From contig CALXVY010000002.1 in assembly GCA_944392255.1 (NCBI GenBank), positions 11,106-75,105 on the forward strand: a stretch of 64,000 nt of DNA. The letters run 5' to 3'. Below the pieces are notes generated by a model. The model did not search any database. It saw only the letters and a program-made list of their open reading frames with translations, and had not been told where the DNA came from. The stretch is from an uncultured Alphaproteobacteria bacterium. Lineage in GTDB: Bacteria > Pseudomonadota > Alphaproteobacteria > RF32 > CAG-239. Made by a program: the position numbers and the translations under genes. Positions 54,859 to 63,859 of the stretch are shown piece by piece (position 1 is the stretch's first letter; every line of letters begins with the position of its first letter).

Positions 54859-56169
54859 TTATAAACTATAAGAATCTTTTTTGTTTAAAATCATCTTTTC
54901 GGTGGGTGTCAACTCTTTCACGTCAGACTTAACAACAAATTTTTTGGCAACTTTTTTAGGCACTGAACGTCCAGATAAAATCCTTAACAAATTCACAGCA
55001 TCTTTGCTCTGATTCCCTGGCATTTTTTCACTTATATCTTTGGCGCTATCAGGTGTCATACCAGTATAATACAAAGTCAAATCATCTGCCTTCTTTTGAA
55101 CTTCCGGAGATAATGGGACAATATTTTCAGAAAGATATTTTGAAAAATTTTCAACACTTATACCTTTTTGTTTCAAAATCTCATTATCTTTAAGACCATC
55201 AAAAATTAAATCAATTCTTTTAGCAAATTCTTTGTCGTTACCAATAGCCAAACTTGCAGCATCATATTTATCACACTTTGTTTCCATAGAGCCCACTATC
55301 TGATTAGAATATATAGACTGATAATTATTTTGCCACATCTGGCAAACTCCTTGTACCATTTGCTTATTAAAATCATTTTTATTCATCTTTTCTTTTTGAA
55401 AAAGCAAATCTTTATAAAAAGCAAAATTTTTAAACTCATTTTTTTCAAAAAGCTGTAATGCTTCTTGTTGTGGCACGCCTTGCTTAATCTTATCTTGATA
55501 AGCCTTGTCTAGCAACAAAAGCTCAGCCATCTTAGAAGATATTTCATCATATTGATTGAGCATTCCATATTGAGCAACAGACAATCCCGGAGCATAAATA
55601 TTATTTTTATCATTTGTCATATGCTGTACTTCATGGGCTAAAAGAACATTATTCTCAAGTGTATTGACATCATTATAGTTACTCAAAACCTCTTTCACAT
55701 GCTGTACTTTCTTATTCTGTTCATCTAAAGACAAATGTGCATAATTTTGTTCAACATAAGCTTTAATATCTTCATCATTCTCGGTTTGCACATAATTCAT
55801 AGTTACAGTTTTTTCAGAAAAATCATAACTTCCAACGAGTTTATTATCAGCAAATTCATTAAAAGGAATAGTATCCATTTTCACAGAAAAATCCGTTGCA
55901 AAAGCCTCTTTCTGCTCATCATAATAAGACTTCAAATCTTCTTTAACATCACTATAAATATTTCCATGGACAGGCTGCCCATTTATTGAAGTATAGATAT
56001 TATCTCCTTCTAAAACCTCTTGAATAACAGCCTGTTCTATCTTATCTTGCTTTTGTTCTTCTATTTTGGGCTCTGTTTGAGCATAAGCCACTTGCGAAGA
56101 CAAAGCCATACCCACAACAGTTGCCCCGTTTTGTTTCTTAAAAAAATCCTTCAGCTTATCCCAAACCAT
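54859..56169 (-). CDS. hypothetical protein with HExxH motif and possible N-terminal signal peptide (436 aa)
   Basis: ...NNVLLAHEVQHMTND... zincin-like HExxH; N-term MVWDKLKDFFKKQNGATVVGMALSSQVAYAQ hydrophobic stretch ending in AYA. Confidence 0.5.
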   Translation of the reverse strand: MVWDKLKDFFKKQNGATVVGMALSSQVAYAQTEPKIEEQKQDKIEQAVIQEVLEGDNIYTSINGQPVHGNIYSDVKEDLKSYYDEQKEAFATDFSVKMDTIPFNEFADNKLVGSYDFSEKTVTMNYVQTENDEDIKAYVEQNYAHLSLDEQNKKVQHVKEVLSNYNDVNTLENNVLLAHEVQHMTNDKNNIYAPGLSVAQYGMLNQYDEISSKMAELLLLDKAYQDKIKQGVPQQEALQLFEKNEFKNFAFYKDLLFQKEKMNKNDFNKQMVQGVCQMWQNNYQSIYSNQIVGSMETKCDKYDAASLAIGNDKEFAKRIDLIFDGLKDNEILKQKGISVENFSKYLSENIVPLSPEVQKKADDLTLYYTGMTPDSAKDISEKMPGNQSKDAVNLLRILSGRSVPKKVAKKFVVKSDVKELTPTEKMILNKKDSYSL

Positions 56170-56226
56170 TTTATTTTCCTTTTTGCAATTAAAAATATCT
56201 TAGCATAAAAGTCTCAAATGAACAAA

Positions 56227-56252
56227 TAAAAAAGCCTGTCAAAATGACAGGC
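56227..56252 (-). terminator. intrinsic terminator after rplL
   Basis: A-run then AGCCTGTCAAAATGACAGGCT. Confidence 0.6.
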
Positions 56253-56278
56253 TTTTTTCAAAATTTTGAAAGAAGAAA

Positions 56279-56653
56279 TTACTTCAATTCAACTTTAGCA
56301 CCAGCGGCTTCAAGTTTCTTCTTAATTTCTTCAGCTTCAGCTTTAGGAGCACCTTCTTTAACAGTTTTTGGAGCACCATCTACCAAGTCTTTAGCTTCTT
56401 TCAAGCCCAATTGAGTGATAGCACGGATTTCTTTAATAACGTTAATTTTGTTAGCACCAGCGTCAGCCAAGATGATATCGAATTCATCTTTTTCTTCAGC
56501 GGCAGCAGCACCACCAGCAGCACCACCGGCAGCAACAGCAACAGCAGCAGCGGCAGAAACGCCCCATTTTTCTTCTAACATTTTAGACAAGTCAGCAGCT
56601 TCCATAACAGTCAAAGCTGACAATTCATCAACTAATTTGGCTAAATCGGCCAT
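56279..56653 (-). CDS. rplL: 50S ribosomal protein L7/L12
   Basis: 124 aa; Ala-rich hinge [22 protein letters not shown]; C-terminal ...[13 protein letters not shown]. Confidence 0.95.
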   Translation of the reverse strand: MADLAKLVDELSALTVMEAADLSKMLEEKWGVSAAAAVAVAAGGAAGGAAAAEEKDEFDIILADAGANKINVIKEIRAITQLGLKEAKDLVDGAPKTVKEGAPKAEAEEIKKKLEAAGAKVELK

Positions 56654-56769
56654 ATTTTTTCTCCAATAAAATAAATTAAATCAAATTAAAAAATCTTTTT
56701 ACTCATACTCTATTTTTTATTTTTAGAACCGTTAATACGTAGTAATAACGACATAAAAATGAAAAATAA

Positions 56770-57252
56770 TTAAGCAGCTTCTTTTTCGCTGTAAGCTTTT
56801 GTAACTCTTGCCAATTGAGCAGCAGGAGCTTGCAACAAACCAATGATTTTGGCTCTGAGTTCGTCCATAGAAGGAATAGAAGCCAATTTCTTGATTTCAT
56901 CAATAGAGATAACGCCAGTACCCATAGCGCCACCAACGATGAGCAATTTTTCATTAGTTTTAGCAAATTCAACACAAGCTTTGCAGGCAGAGATTGGATC
57001 AGAAGCGAAAGCAATAGCTGTCGGACCTTTGAACAAATCAATCAAACCTTCAAATTTTGTGCCTTTAAGAGCCAGACGAGTAATGCGATTTTTTGTAACT
57101 TTAAAGCCAGCGCCTGCTTTTCTAACATTGTTACGCAATTCAGAAACTTCGGCAACAGTCAAGCCTTTGTAGTGAGAAACAACTACAACTTCTGAATTAT
57201 TGAACAATTCATTCAGTTCGCTGAGCAATTGTGCTTTTTCTTCGCGATTCAC
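56770..57252 (-). CDS. rplJ: 50S ribosomal protein L10
   Basis: 160 aa; MNREEKAQLLSELNELFNNSEVVVVSHYKGLTVAEV... Confidence 0.9.
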   Translation of the reverse strand: MNREEKAQLLSELNELFNNSEVVVVSHYKGLTVAEVSELRNNVRKAGAGFKVTKNRITRLALKGTKFEGLIDLFKGPTAIAFASDPISACKACVEFAKTNEKLLIVGGAMGTGVISIDEIKKLASIPSMDELRAKIIGLLQAPAAQLARVTKAYSEKEAA

Positions 57253-57689
57253 TTATTGTCTCCAAAAAAACATCTTTTATTTAATAAAGATGCATTCAAC
57301 ACATTTCCACAATCGACACCGTTTCAAGAAAAGCCAAAGCTCTTCGTCCACCTTGCCTACTGTGGGACCTAATCTGTCCAGGAGAAAAAAGATATTAAAA
57401 TTTTTCTTACTCCCGTCTGCGTAGGATATTTAAGATTTCTGTTTATAAGTTGAAGAACATTCCTTAACAAAAAATCTCAGAACTTTCCTTCCCCTTTTAT
57501 CACAGCGACCACCTACGGTCTTGGACAGTTTCCAAGGGAAATCGAACTCCGATTTCAGCATCTACGACTAACACCCTCGATGCTTATTTTTCTTCGTCGC
57601 CCCTTGGAGAGCGGGTGATGATAAGTTCACCACCCAAAACTTTTCAACAACTCCAAGCACCAAACTTATCGGCGCCCGAGCCCCAAGCA
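57253..57689 (-). promoter_or_regulatory. rplJ (L10) leader, probable L10(L12)4-autoregulated structured 5' UTR
   Basis: about 435-nt untranslated gap between rplA and rplJ, markedly GC-richer than surroundings with multiple stems (e.g. CGTCGCCCCTTGGAGAGCGGGTGATG); known L10-leader position. Confidence 0.5.
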
Positions 57690-58370
57690 TTACAAAGCTG
57701 TTGTATCAACTTTAACGCCAACGCCCATAGTGCTGCTCAAAGAAATTTTCTTCAAGTAAGTACCTTTGGCACCAGCCGGTTTAGCTTTGATAATAGCATC
57801 AATAAAGGTTTTAGCGTTATCATAGATTTGATCTTCGCTGAAAGAAGCTTTAGCGATACCAGCATGAACGATACCGTTCTTTTCAACACGATATTGAACT
57901 TCACCAGCTTTAGCTTTTTTAACAGCGTTGGTAACATCCATGGTAACAGTACCGAGTTTCGGGTTCGGCATCAAGCCTTTAGGACCCAAAACGCGAGCAA
58001 CTTTACCGGCAAGACCCATCATATCAGGAGTAGCGATGCAGCGGTCGAAATCAACTTTACCAGACAAGATAGAGTCGATTAAGCTTTCAGCACCGACGAT
58101 ATCAGCACCGGCAGCTTTAGCTTCATCAGCTTTTTCGCCTTGAGCCAAAACGGCAACGCGAACAGTTTTACCATTGCCGTGCGGCAAAGAGCAAACACCG
58201 CGAACCATTTGGTCAGCGTATTTCGGGTCAACACCGAGGTTAATTGCAACATCAATGGTTTCATCAAATTTAGCAGTAGCGTTTTCTTTAACGATTTTAA
58301 CAGCATCTTTCAAGCCATAAGCTTGATCTTTATTAACTGTTTTATAAGCGTTTACGATTCTTTTTCCCAT
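57690..58370 (-). CDS. rplA: 50S ribosomal protein L1
   Basis: start at [12 protein letters not shown]...; ...[19 protein letters not shown]... Confidence 0.95.
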   Translation of the reverse strand: MGKRIVNAYKTVNKDQAYGLKDAVKIVKENATAKFDETIDVAINLGVDPKYADQMVRGVCSLPHGNGKTVRVAVLAQGEKADEAKAAGADIVGAESLIDSILSGKVDFDRCIATPDMMGLAGKVARVLGPKGLMPNPKLGTVTMDVTNAVKKAKAGEVQYRVEKNGIVHAGIAKASFSEDQIYDNAKTFIDAIIKAKPAGAKGTYLKKISLSSTMGVGVKVDTTAL

Positions 58371-58374
58371 CACA

Positions 58375-58812
58375 CTACTCCACAACCTTAATGCCCATAG
58401 AATAAGCTTGACCTTTAACCATGTTCATAGCTGCTTCAACGGTTGAGCAGTTAAGATCAGGCATTTTAGCTTCAGCAATTTCTTTAACTTGAGCCATTGT
58501 AATTTGACCGGCAACGGTTTTAGTCGGTTCTTTAGAACCACTTTTAACGTTAGCAGCTTTTTTAATGTAGTAGCTAACCGGCGGCAATTTTGTAACGAAT
58601 GTGAAAGATTTGTCTTCGTAAGCGGTAATAACAACCGGAACAGGGATACCCGGTTCCATTTTTTGAGTTGCAGCGTTAAATTGCTTACAGAAATCCATGA
58701 TGTTCAAGCCTTTTTGGCCGAGAGCCGGACCAACCGGAGGAGAAGGGTTAGCTTTTCCAGCCGGAATTTGAAGCTTGATTAAACCTAAAATTTTCTTCTT
58801 AGACTTAGCCAT
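58375..58812 (-). CDS. rplK: 50S ribosomal protein L11
   Basis: start at [43 protein letters not shown]... Confidence 0.95.
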   Translation of the reverse strand: MAKSKKKILGLIKLQIPAGKANPSPPVGPALGQKGLNIMDFCKQFNAATQKMEPGIPVPVVITAYEDKSFTFVTKLPPVSYYIKKAANVKSGSKEPTKTVAGQITMAQVKEIAEAKMPDLNCSTVEAAMNMVKGQAYSMGIKVVE

Positions 58813-59123
58813 TATATACCTCAATTTTCGGGTTCGTGGTCGGACCATGGCTGGTCTCCCACGAAATTATGTTAAAACGATTCGCTCATAAAAAGACATA
58901 AGAATCCCTTTAAGAGTCGCTTTTGTATACCACACTCTTTTCAGATTGCAAGCATTTTTTGTAAAAATTTTCACATTTAAGACTTTGATTCGATTCACAC
59001 TTCCGAATCTAAAATATTTTTTTGTATTTTTGTCCACATTATACTTGCATAGCATAAATAAGTATGTTAACAAAAAAATTAAATAATCAATTATTTTAGA
59101 TAACCCGTTAACTTATTATAATT

Positions 59124-59609
59124 ATGAAGACTAAATCTTCTTACGGTATTGGAAAAATTTTCACTGCCGTAGTCAAGAAAATCAAAAAAGACAAAATCTT
59201 TTTTGACATTAAGCAATTACTTTTTAACGAAGACGGACAAGAAGAAATTACCAGAAAAGCAGCTTTTTCCATAAAGCAAAAGCATTTCAATCCGCACCTG
59301 TTCTTCAAAAAAGAAAAAATTGTTGATGTTCGCGTTGTCAGGTTATTAAATCCGAGAAAAAACGCCTGCTTCTTGGATTATGAAGTTGTTCCTTGTACTC
59401 TTCCCGTAGATGAATACATCAAAGCTCATCCTATCGGCACCATGGTTCAGGGAACGATTGAAACAATTACCGGTGCAACTATGACTATTTGTCTGGCACC
59501 AAACGTTTATGCCGTGACAAAACGTTGCAACCACGCTCACACCGGACAAATCATTGATTGTAAAATTGACAGATTTCACAATCAAAAAATTTCCTTAAGA
59601 GTTTTCTAA
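59124..59609 (+). CDS. hypothetical protein (161 aa) with possible S1/OB-fold-like segments
   Basis: ...HPIGTMVQGTIETITGATMTICLAPNVYAVTK... resembles an S1 RNA-binding motif; weak. Confidence 0.35.
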   Translation: MKTKSSYGIGKIFTAVVKKIKKDKIFFDIKQLLFNEDGQEEITRKAAFSIKQKHFNPHLFFKKEKIVDVRVVRLLNPRKNACFLDYEVVPCTLPVDEYIKAHPIGTMVQGTIETITGATMTICLAPNVYAVTKRCNHAHTGQIIDCKIDRFHNQKISLRVF

Positions 59610-59719
59610 AAAAAATTATTAACCCTAGCCCCCTGATTTATTTCACGGGGCTTAAATTTTGTGGACGAATAGATTTTCTTTTGCTATGCTTTCCAAAATG
59701 ACCCTTTAGAGAGGCTAAA

Positions 59720-61048
59720 ATGAGCAAAAAAATTTATCGCTGTATCGGTATCATGACCGGAAATTCCCTAGATGCCGTTGATGTTGTTTTAACCGAATTT
59801 AATGATAGCCACATCAAAGATATTTGCGGTCTTTCTTTGAGTATTCCCACCTCATTAAGCAACCGTTTCCGCCAACTCAAATTTTTACTCAGCCAAAATA
59901 ATTGTGATATTAATGGCTATTATACCAAAGAAAAAGACAACTTTATATCTCTGCACAATGATTACATCAATCTTGTCGCCCAAACTGTAAATCTCATGCT
60001 CAAAGAAAACAATATCTCTAAAGACAGTATTGATGCCATCGGCTTTCACGGACAAACTTGTGGCCACTGCCCTCCTTCCATTGTCCAAAGCAAAGACCCC
60101 AGCCAAATTTATACCCTTCAAATCGGCTCTGGACAAATGCTTGCAGATTTAACCGGTATTCCTGTTATATATGACTTTCGTTCTGATGATATAATGAATC
60201 TGGGCGAAGGAGCACCTTTAGCACCAATACACAATCAACATATTGCTCAAGACTTAATCAGCAAAAAAATCTTTCCGGTTGCTTTTTGTAATGGCGGTAA
60301 CACCGGAAACATTGCTGTAATTTCACGCAACAAAATCACCGGAAAAGATATTGTAATGGGCTGGGATGTTGGTCCTTTTAATCATTTTATTGATATGCTG
60401 ATGCGCAACGAATTACACCTTCCCTGTGATTTGAATGGTGAAACAGGAAAGAAAGGCAAAATCAACTTCCGCTTATTACGCAAATTATTTGAGAATGCTG
60501 TTCTAACTAATATCCGAGAAAACTTTATTACTATGCCACCTCCAAAATCTTCTGACCCGGCATGGTATATTTTTATTCCCGAATTAATGGATAAGAGTAT
60601 TGCATTTGAAGACAGACTAAGAACTGTTGAATTTTTTAGTGCTTATATCATGGTCTATAATTTAAGCTTTATTCCTGAAGACATAGAATCTCCCAAATAC
60701 TTTTTATTCTTTGGTGGCGGCTGGAAAAACCCGATTGTTCTAAATGATTTTAAAAATTTACTCAATGGCGATGCCGAAGTATTACCCGAGCATCAAGAAA
60801 TTTTTGACAAACTCTTCACCCCAGAAGCAATAGTCCGCTGGTCCGATGACTATGGTTATAACGGCAAATATATGGAAGCCCGTATTTTTGCCGATATGGC
60901 GAAATGCTTCTTAACCAAAGAACCTTTTTCTTTTCCGGAAACCACCGGCTGCACCAAGCCCACCATTGGCGGAATTATGACCAAACCCAATGGTAAGGAT
61001 ACAAGGCTCTGGTCGCGCGCCGCACCGGGATGGGCTGAAAAAAAATAA
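59720..61048 (+). CDS. anmK: anhydro-N-acetylmuramic acid kinase-like (AnmK family, extended 442 aa)
   Basis: N-term IGIMTGNSLDAVDVVL, ...GFHGQT..., ...LQIGSG..., ...DFRSDDIMNLGEGAPLAPIHNQ... match AnmK hallmark blocks. Confidence 0.65.
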   Translation: MSKKIYRCIGIMTGNSLDAVDVVLTEFNDSHIKDICGLSLSIPTSLSNRFRQLKFLLSQNNCDINGYYTKEKDNFISLHNDYINLVAQTVNLMLKENNISKDSIDAIGFHGQTCGHCPPSIVQSKDPSQIYTLQIGSGQMLADLTGIPVIYDFRSDDIMNLGEGAPLAPIHNQHIAQDLISKKIFPVAFCNGGNTGNIAVISRNKITGKDIVMGWDVGPFNHFIDMLMRNELHLPCDLNGETGKKGKINFRLLRKLFENAVLTNIRENFITMPPPKSSDPAWYIFIPELMDKSIAFEDRLRTVEFFSAYIMVYNLSFIPEDIESPKYFLFFGGGWKNPIVLNDFKNLLNGDAEVLPEHQEIFDKLFTPEAIVRWSDDYGYNGKYMEARIFADMAKCFLTKEPFSFPETTGCTKPTIGGIMTKPNGKDTRLWSRAAPGWAEKK

Positions 61049-61052
61049 GTAA

Positions 61053-61087
61053 CAAAAAAGCTCCGAAAACATCGGAGCTTTTTTTTC
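61053..61087. terminator. bidirectional terminator between anmK and nusG
   Basis: AGCTCCGAAAACATCGGAGCT flanked by an A-run and a T-run. Confidence 0.6.
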
Positions 61088-61102
61088 AAATTTATAATAT
61101 TT

Positions 61103-61636
61103 CTATTTTACTTTCTCAACTTGAGAAAATTCCAATTCTACCGGCGTAGAACGACCAAAAATAGAAACAGAAACTTTCAAACGAGATTTTTCGGTATCCA
61201 CTTCTTCAACCAAACCAATGAAAGAAGCGAACGGACCATCATTAACACGTACTTGTTCACCAACTTCATAATTAACAATAGTCTGCGGACGTTCAATACC
61301 TTCTTGCATTTGCGTCATGATTCTTTGAGCTTCTGCTTCGGTAATCGGATATGGTTTATTGCGGCTACCCAAGAAGTTTGTAACTTTAGGATTATTTTTA
61401 ATCAAATGCCAAGCATCATCAGTCATAATCATTTTAACCAAGATATAACCTGGGAAAAATTTGCGTTCAGAATTAACTTTTGCACCTTTTCTGATTTCAA
61501 CAACTTCTTCAATTGGAACCATTACATCTAAAATTTTATCGTCCATTTTTTTGAGAACAGCTTGTTCTTTAATAGATTCGGCAACCTTTTTCTCCGAACC
61601 GGAATGAACATTTACAACATACCAACGAGCGTCCAT
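61103..61636 (-). CDS. nusG: transcription termination/antitermination factor NusG
   Basis: start at [18 protein letters not shown]...; C-terminal KOW ...[22 protein letters not shown]... Confidence 0.9.
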   Translation of the reverse strand: MDARWYVVNVHSGSEKKVAESIKEQAVLKKMDDKILDVMVPIEEVVEIRKGAKVNSERKFFPGYILVKMIMTDDAWHLIKNNPKVTNFLGSRNKPYPITEAEAQRIMTQMQEGIERPQTIVNYEVGEQVRVNDGPFASFIGLVEEVDTEKSRLKVSVSIFGRSTPVELEFSQVEKVK

Positions 61637-61640
61637 AAAA

Positions 61641-61838
61641 TTAATCTCCAAGACCTAAAACTAACTGTACTGCCCAACCCAAAATTTGGTCAACAAAGAA
61701 AAAGAATGTTGCGGCAATAGCCACCAAAACAATCACCACCAAAGAAGTTTTAACAACTTCATTTTTGGTTGGCCAAGTAACTTTTTTAACTTCTTGTTTA
61801 ACTTGTCTAAAAAACTGAATCGGACTGATTTTTGCCAT
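61641..61838 (-). CDS. secE: preprotein translocase subunit SecE
   Basis: 65 aa; ...[39 protein letters not shown]... Confidence 0.85.
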   Translation of the reverse strand: MAKISPIQFFRQVKQEVKKVTWPTKNEVVKTSLVVIVLVAIAATFFFFVDQILGWAVQLVLGLGD

Positions 61839-62069
61839 GGACTATATCCACCTTAACTAAAAAAATTAAACACTTCAGAGCCATCTATCCACGACAAACC
61901 ATTCGGATAACAAAGCTCCGACTAATGTGGCAAACATATTAAATAATTTCAGAGATGTCAACAACTATATTACCGCTACAAGCAAATAAATCATTGCTTA
62001 AACTATCATGTAATATATAATGCAAAACAATAATTAAATTATCATGTTAAACTATTAAAATTAAAAATT

Positions 62070-62516
62070 ATGGAAAATATCATCAAATTAATTAAAGCTC
62101 ACGCTTATGAAAAAGCCAAAGAAGCTGCCAAACAAGGCGTTAAGCCAAGCATAAAAGCTCAGCTTAAACTGTTTCACATGTTAAATACATCTCTACTTAC
62201 CAAAGAAGCCCTGATAATCCGAATAATATATTATCACGAGGGTTTCATGTATGACATTAAGCACCTTGTAGATGGAATAGAAAGAGCTACAATTGAAAGC
62301 AAAAATTGGGCCAAAATAACTTCTCTGATAGAAGATGCTCCGTTGCAGACGAACAATCTTATTTTACTCATAGCAACAATACACAAACATAAGGAAGAAG
62401 AAAAAGTACGCAAAATACTTTTCAAATATGACCAACTTTACAAATTGAGTAGCATTTCATGGCCGGAAAGTATTAAAACAACTTGCCAAAACATGATTGC
62501 TGAAATTGAACCCTAA
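62070..62516 (+). CDS. hypothetical protein (148 aa)
   Basis: ORF between secE and tRNA-Trp on the opposite strand, followed by a terminator; no motif recognised. Confidence 0.4.
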   Translation: MENIIKLIKAHAYEKAKEAAKQGVKPSIKAQLKLFHMLNTSLLTKEALIIRIIYYHEGFMYDIKHLVDGIERATIESKNWAKITSLIEDAPLQTNNLILLIATIHKHKEEEKVRKILFKYDQLYKLSSISWPESIKTTCQNMIAEIEP

Positions 62517-62548
62517 AAAAAGCCACCTTAACGGTGGCCTTTTTTTAT
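62515..62548 (+). terminator. intrinsic terminator
   Basis: GCCACCTTAACGGTGGC followed by CTTTTTTTATT. Confidence 0.55.
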
Positions 62549-62556
62549 TGGCATGG

Positions 62557-62700
62557 CAGTAAGATTGTCCGCGACATTGCGTTCCGCAATGCTTGTTCCT
62601 TCGCGCTCATTCGTTTCACTCACCGGCGTGCATCCGCCCGCCTTTCGCTTGGCGTCGAACTCACTTCCTCGTGAGTTCTCATCAACTTCCCCTAAATGCC
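62557..62700 (-). pseudogene. degenerate tRNA-Trp-derived fragment / GC-rich structured element
   Basis: TGGCATGGCAGTAAGATTG (compare tRNA-Trp 3' end TGGCAGGGGCAGTAAGATTCG), GACATTGCG (compare GACATTCGG) and GTCGAACTCAC (T-loop) pieces separated by about 70 nt of GC-rich insert; same TTTTTATTGGCA lead-in as the intact tRNA. Confidence 0.35.
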
Positions 62701-62702
62701 AA

Positions 62703-62735
62703 TAAAAAAACCGCCCTTTCGGACGGTTCTTTTTA
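62703..62735. terminator. possible bidirectional terminator 3' of tRNA-Trp
   Basis: A-run, AACCGCCCTTTCGGACGGTT, T-run. Confidence 0.3.
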
Positions 62736-62811
62736 TTGGCAGGGGCAGTAAGATTCGAACTCACGACATTCGGTTTTGGAGACCGACGCTCTACCAACTG
62801 AGCTATACCCC
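62736..62811 (-). tRNA. trpT: tRNA-Trp (anticodon CCA), 3' CCA encoded
   Basis: minus-strand AGGGGTATAGCTCAGTTGGTAGAGCGTCGGTCTCCAAAACCGAATGTCGTGAGTTCGAATCTCACTGCCCCTGCCA; 7-bp acceptor stem, GTTCGAATC T-loop, anticodon loop CTCCAAA; classic tuf-tRNATrp-secE-nusG context. Confidence 0.9.
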
Positions 62812-62914
62812 TATCAAATCTTGCGTATTATTAGATACACAACTATTCACTATAAATCAAGTCTTTTTTACACAACAAAACAAAAAATTTTCATTTTTTA
62901 GCCCAAGAGAAAGA

Positions 62915-62944
62915 TTGACAATTCTTAAATTTACTTTTTATAAT
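62915..62944 (+). promoter_or_regulatory. near-consensus sigma-70 promoter (TTGACA - 17/18 nt - TATAAT)
   Basis: TTGACA at 62915-62920, TATAAT at 62939-62944. Confidence 0.5.
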
Positions 62945-62950
62945 TTATCT

Positions 62951-63113
62951 GCCGATTAGAGGTAGTCGGCGGTGCCTAAACAACACCCTCATGTAAATAA
63001 AATCCTCCGTTCAATTTGAGCGGAGTGCCGGTAATATATGGAATAACGGCGACTGACATGACAGTTGTTTAGCTCCGCTCGCCTTAGTTTGAAACTTTGG
63101 CGAGCTTTGTTTT
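62951..63113 (+). ncRNA. candidate small RNA or terminator-containing leader upstream of the XRE gene
   Basis: about 160 nt downstream of the consensus promoter with stems (CCGATTAGAGGTAGTCGG; GAGCGGAG...CTCCGCTC) ending in hairpin GCTCGCCTTAGTTTGAAACTTTGGCGAGC + TTTGTTTT (63077-63113). Confidence 0.3.
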
Positions 63114-63138
63114 AACTATAAAAAACAGGAGCTAAAAA

Positions 63139-63384
63139 ATGAATACCAGTGAAATCAGCAAAGGAATATCATCTCAAGTTTTTGAAGTGCGCAAAGAAAT
63201 CGGCGCAAAATTATTACAATTTCGTCTGGAAGACGGTTTGAGCCAATCCGAGGCTGCCGTTCTTTGCGGCATTTCCAAACACCGCATCCAGCTCTTTGAA
63301 AACGGCTATTCTCTTTCTTATCGGCACTTAGCCCTCCTCGCCCGCCTGTATGGTTTTCGCTATGAGATTATCTTGCGAAGATAA
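63139..63384 (+). CDS. small XRE/Cro-like HTH protein (81 aa)
   Basis: ...FRLEDGLSQSEAAVLCGISKHRIQLFENG... HTH; GGAG RBS 8 nt upstream. Confidence 0.55.
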   Translation: MNTSEISKGISSQVFEVRKEIGAKLLQFRLEDGLSQSEAAVLCGISKHRIQLFENGYSLSYRHLALLARLYGFRYEIILRR

Positions 63385-63629
63385 AAAACAAGATTGAAGA
63401 ACAAACTTGTTATTAAACCGTTGCGGTCAAGCTGGCTCAGCTTGGCCGGCGGCAGCCAATATTTCAAACGTCATTCTGAATTTATTTCAGCATCCCATAG
63501 ATGCTGCTCACCTCTCCACAGAGCACTCATAAAAACTCGATAATTGAGCGATTAATCGCTAGAACAAAAGCGCCACAAGGCACTTTTCTAAAAGCTCAAG
63601 ATTTGAGGATTATAGTGTGAAAAACAAAG

Positions 63630-63672
63630 CGGCCGAAATTCTAGTGTACAAGAAGTACATGAATTTCGACCG
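63630..63672. repeat. nested palindromic repeat, copy E
   Basis: CGGCCGAAATTCTAGTGTACAAGAAGTACATGAATTTCGACCG; lies within the about 150-bp block (63540-63700) nearly identical to 18415-18560. Confidence 0.6.
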
Positions 63673-63771
63673 TTCTGTAGTTTTTTGCGCTCGACATCAC
63701 CTCTTCATACTCAACACAAGGCACTTTTTTAGAACGCAGAGAATAGTTTAGATAGAGTGAAAATAAGAAAG

Positions 63772-63813
63772 GGAAAAATTCTAGTGTAGTTAAGCCTACA
63801 TGAATTTTTCCCT
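63772..63813. repeat. nested palindromic repeat, copy F (compensatory inner-stem change GTAC to GTAG/CTAC)
   Basis: GGGAAAAATTCTAGTGTAGTTAAGCCTACATGAATTTTTCCC. Confidence 0.55.
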
Positions 63814-63859
63814 TTTCGAAATTTTCGCTCTAGATGAGCTGTTATATGTGTTCTAAAAC

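Noticed and set aside
62557-62700. tmRNA (two-piece alphaproteobacterial ssrA) hypothesis for the GC-rich tRNA-like segment
   Set aside because: No tag-peptide reading frame (ANDN... type) and no resume or stop arrangement. The tRNA-like part matches tRNA-Trp rather than the tRNA-Ala-like tmRNA acceptor.
62528-62797. 89-aa minus-strand ORF
   Set aside because: Spans the tRNA-Trp gene and the tRNA-like fragment. The tRNA fold explains the sequence.
62736-63400. Intact prophage or integrative element at tRNA-Trp
   Set aside because: No integrase, excisionase or phage structural genes within the window. Only a small Cro/XRE-like gene and a promoter/sRNA-like region are visible. At most this is a remnant, and it cannot be assessed beyond the window edge.
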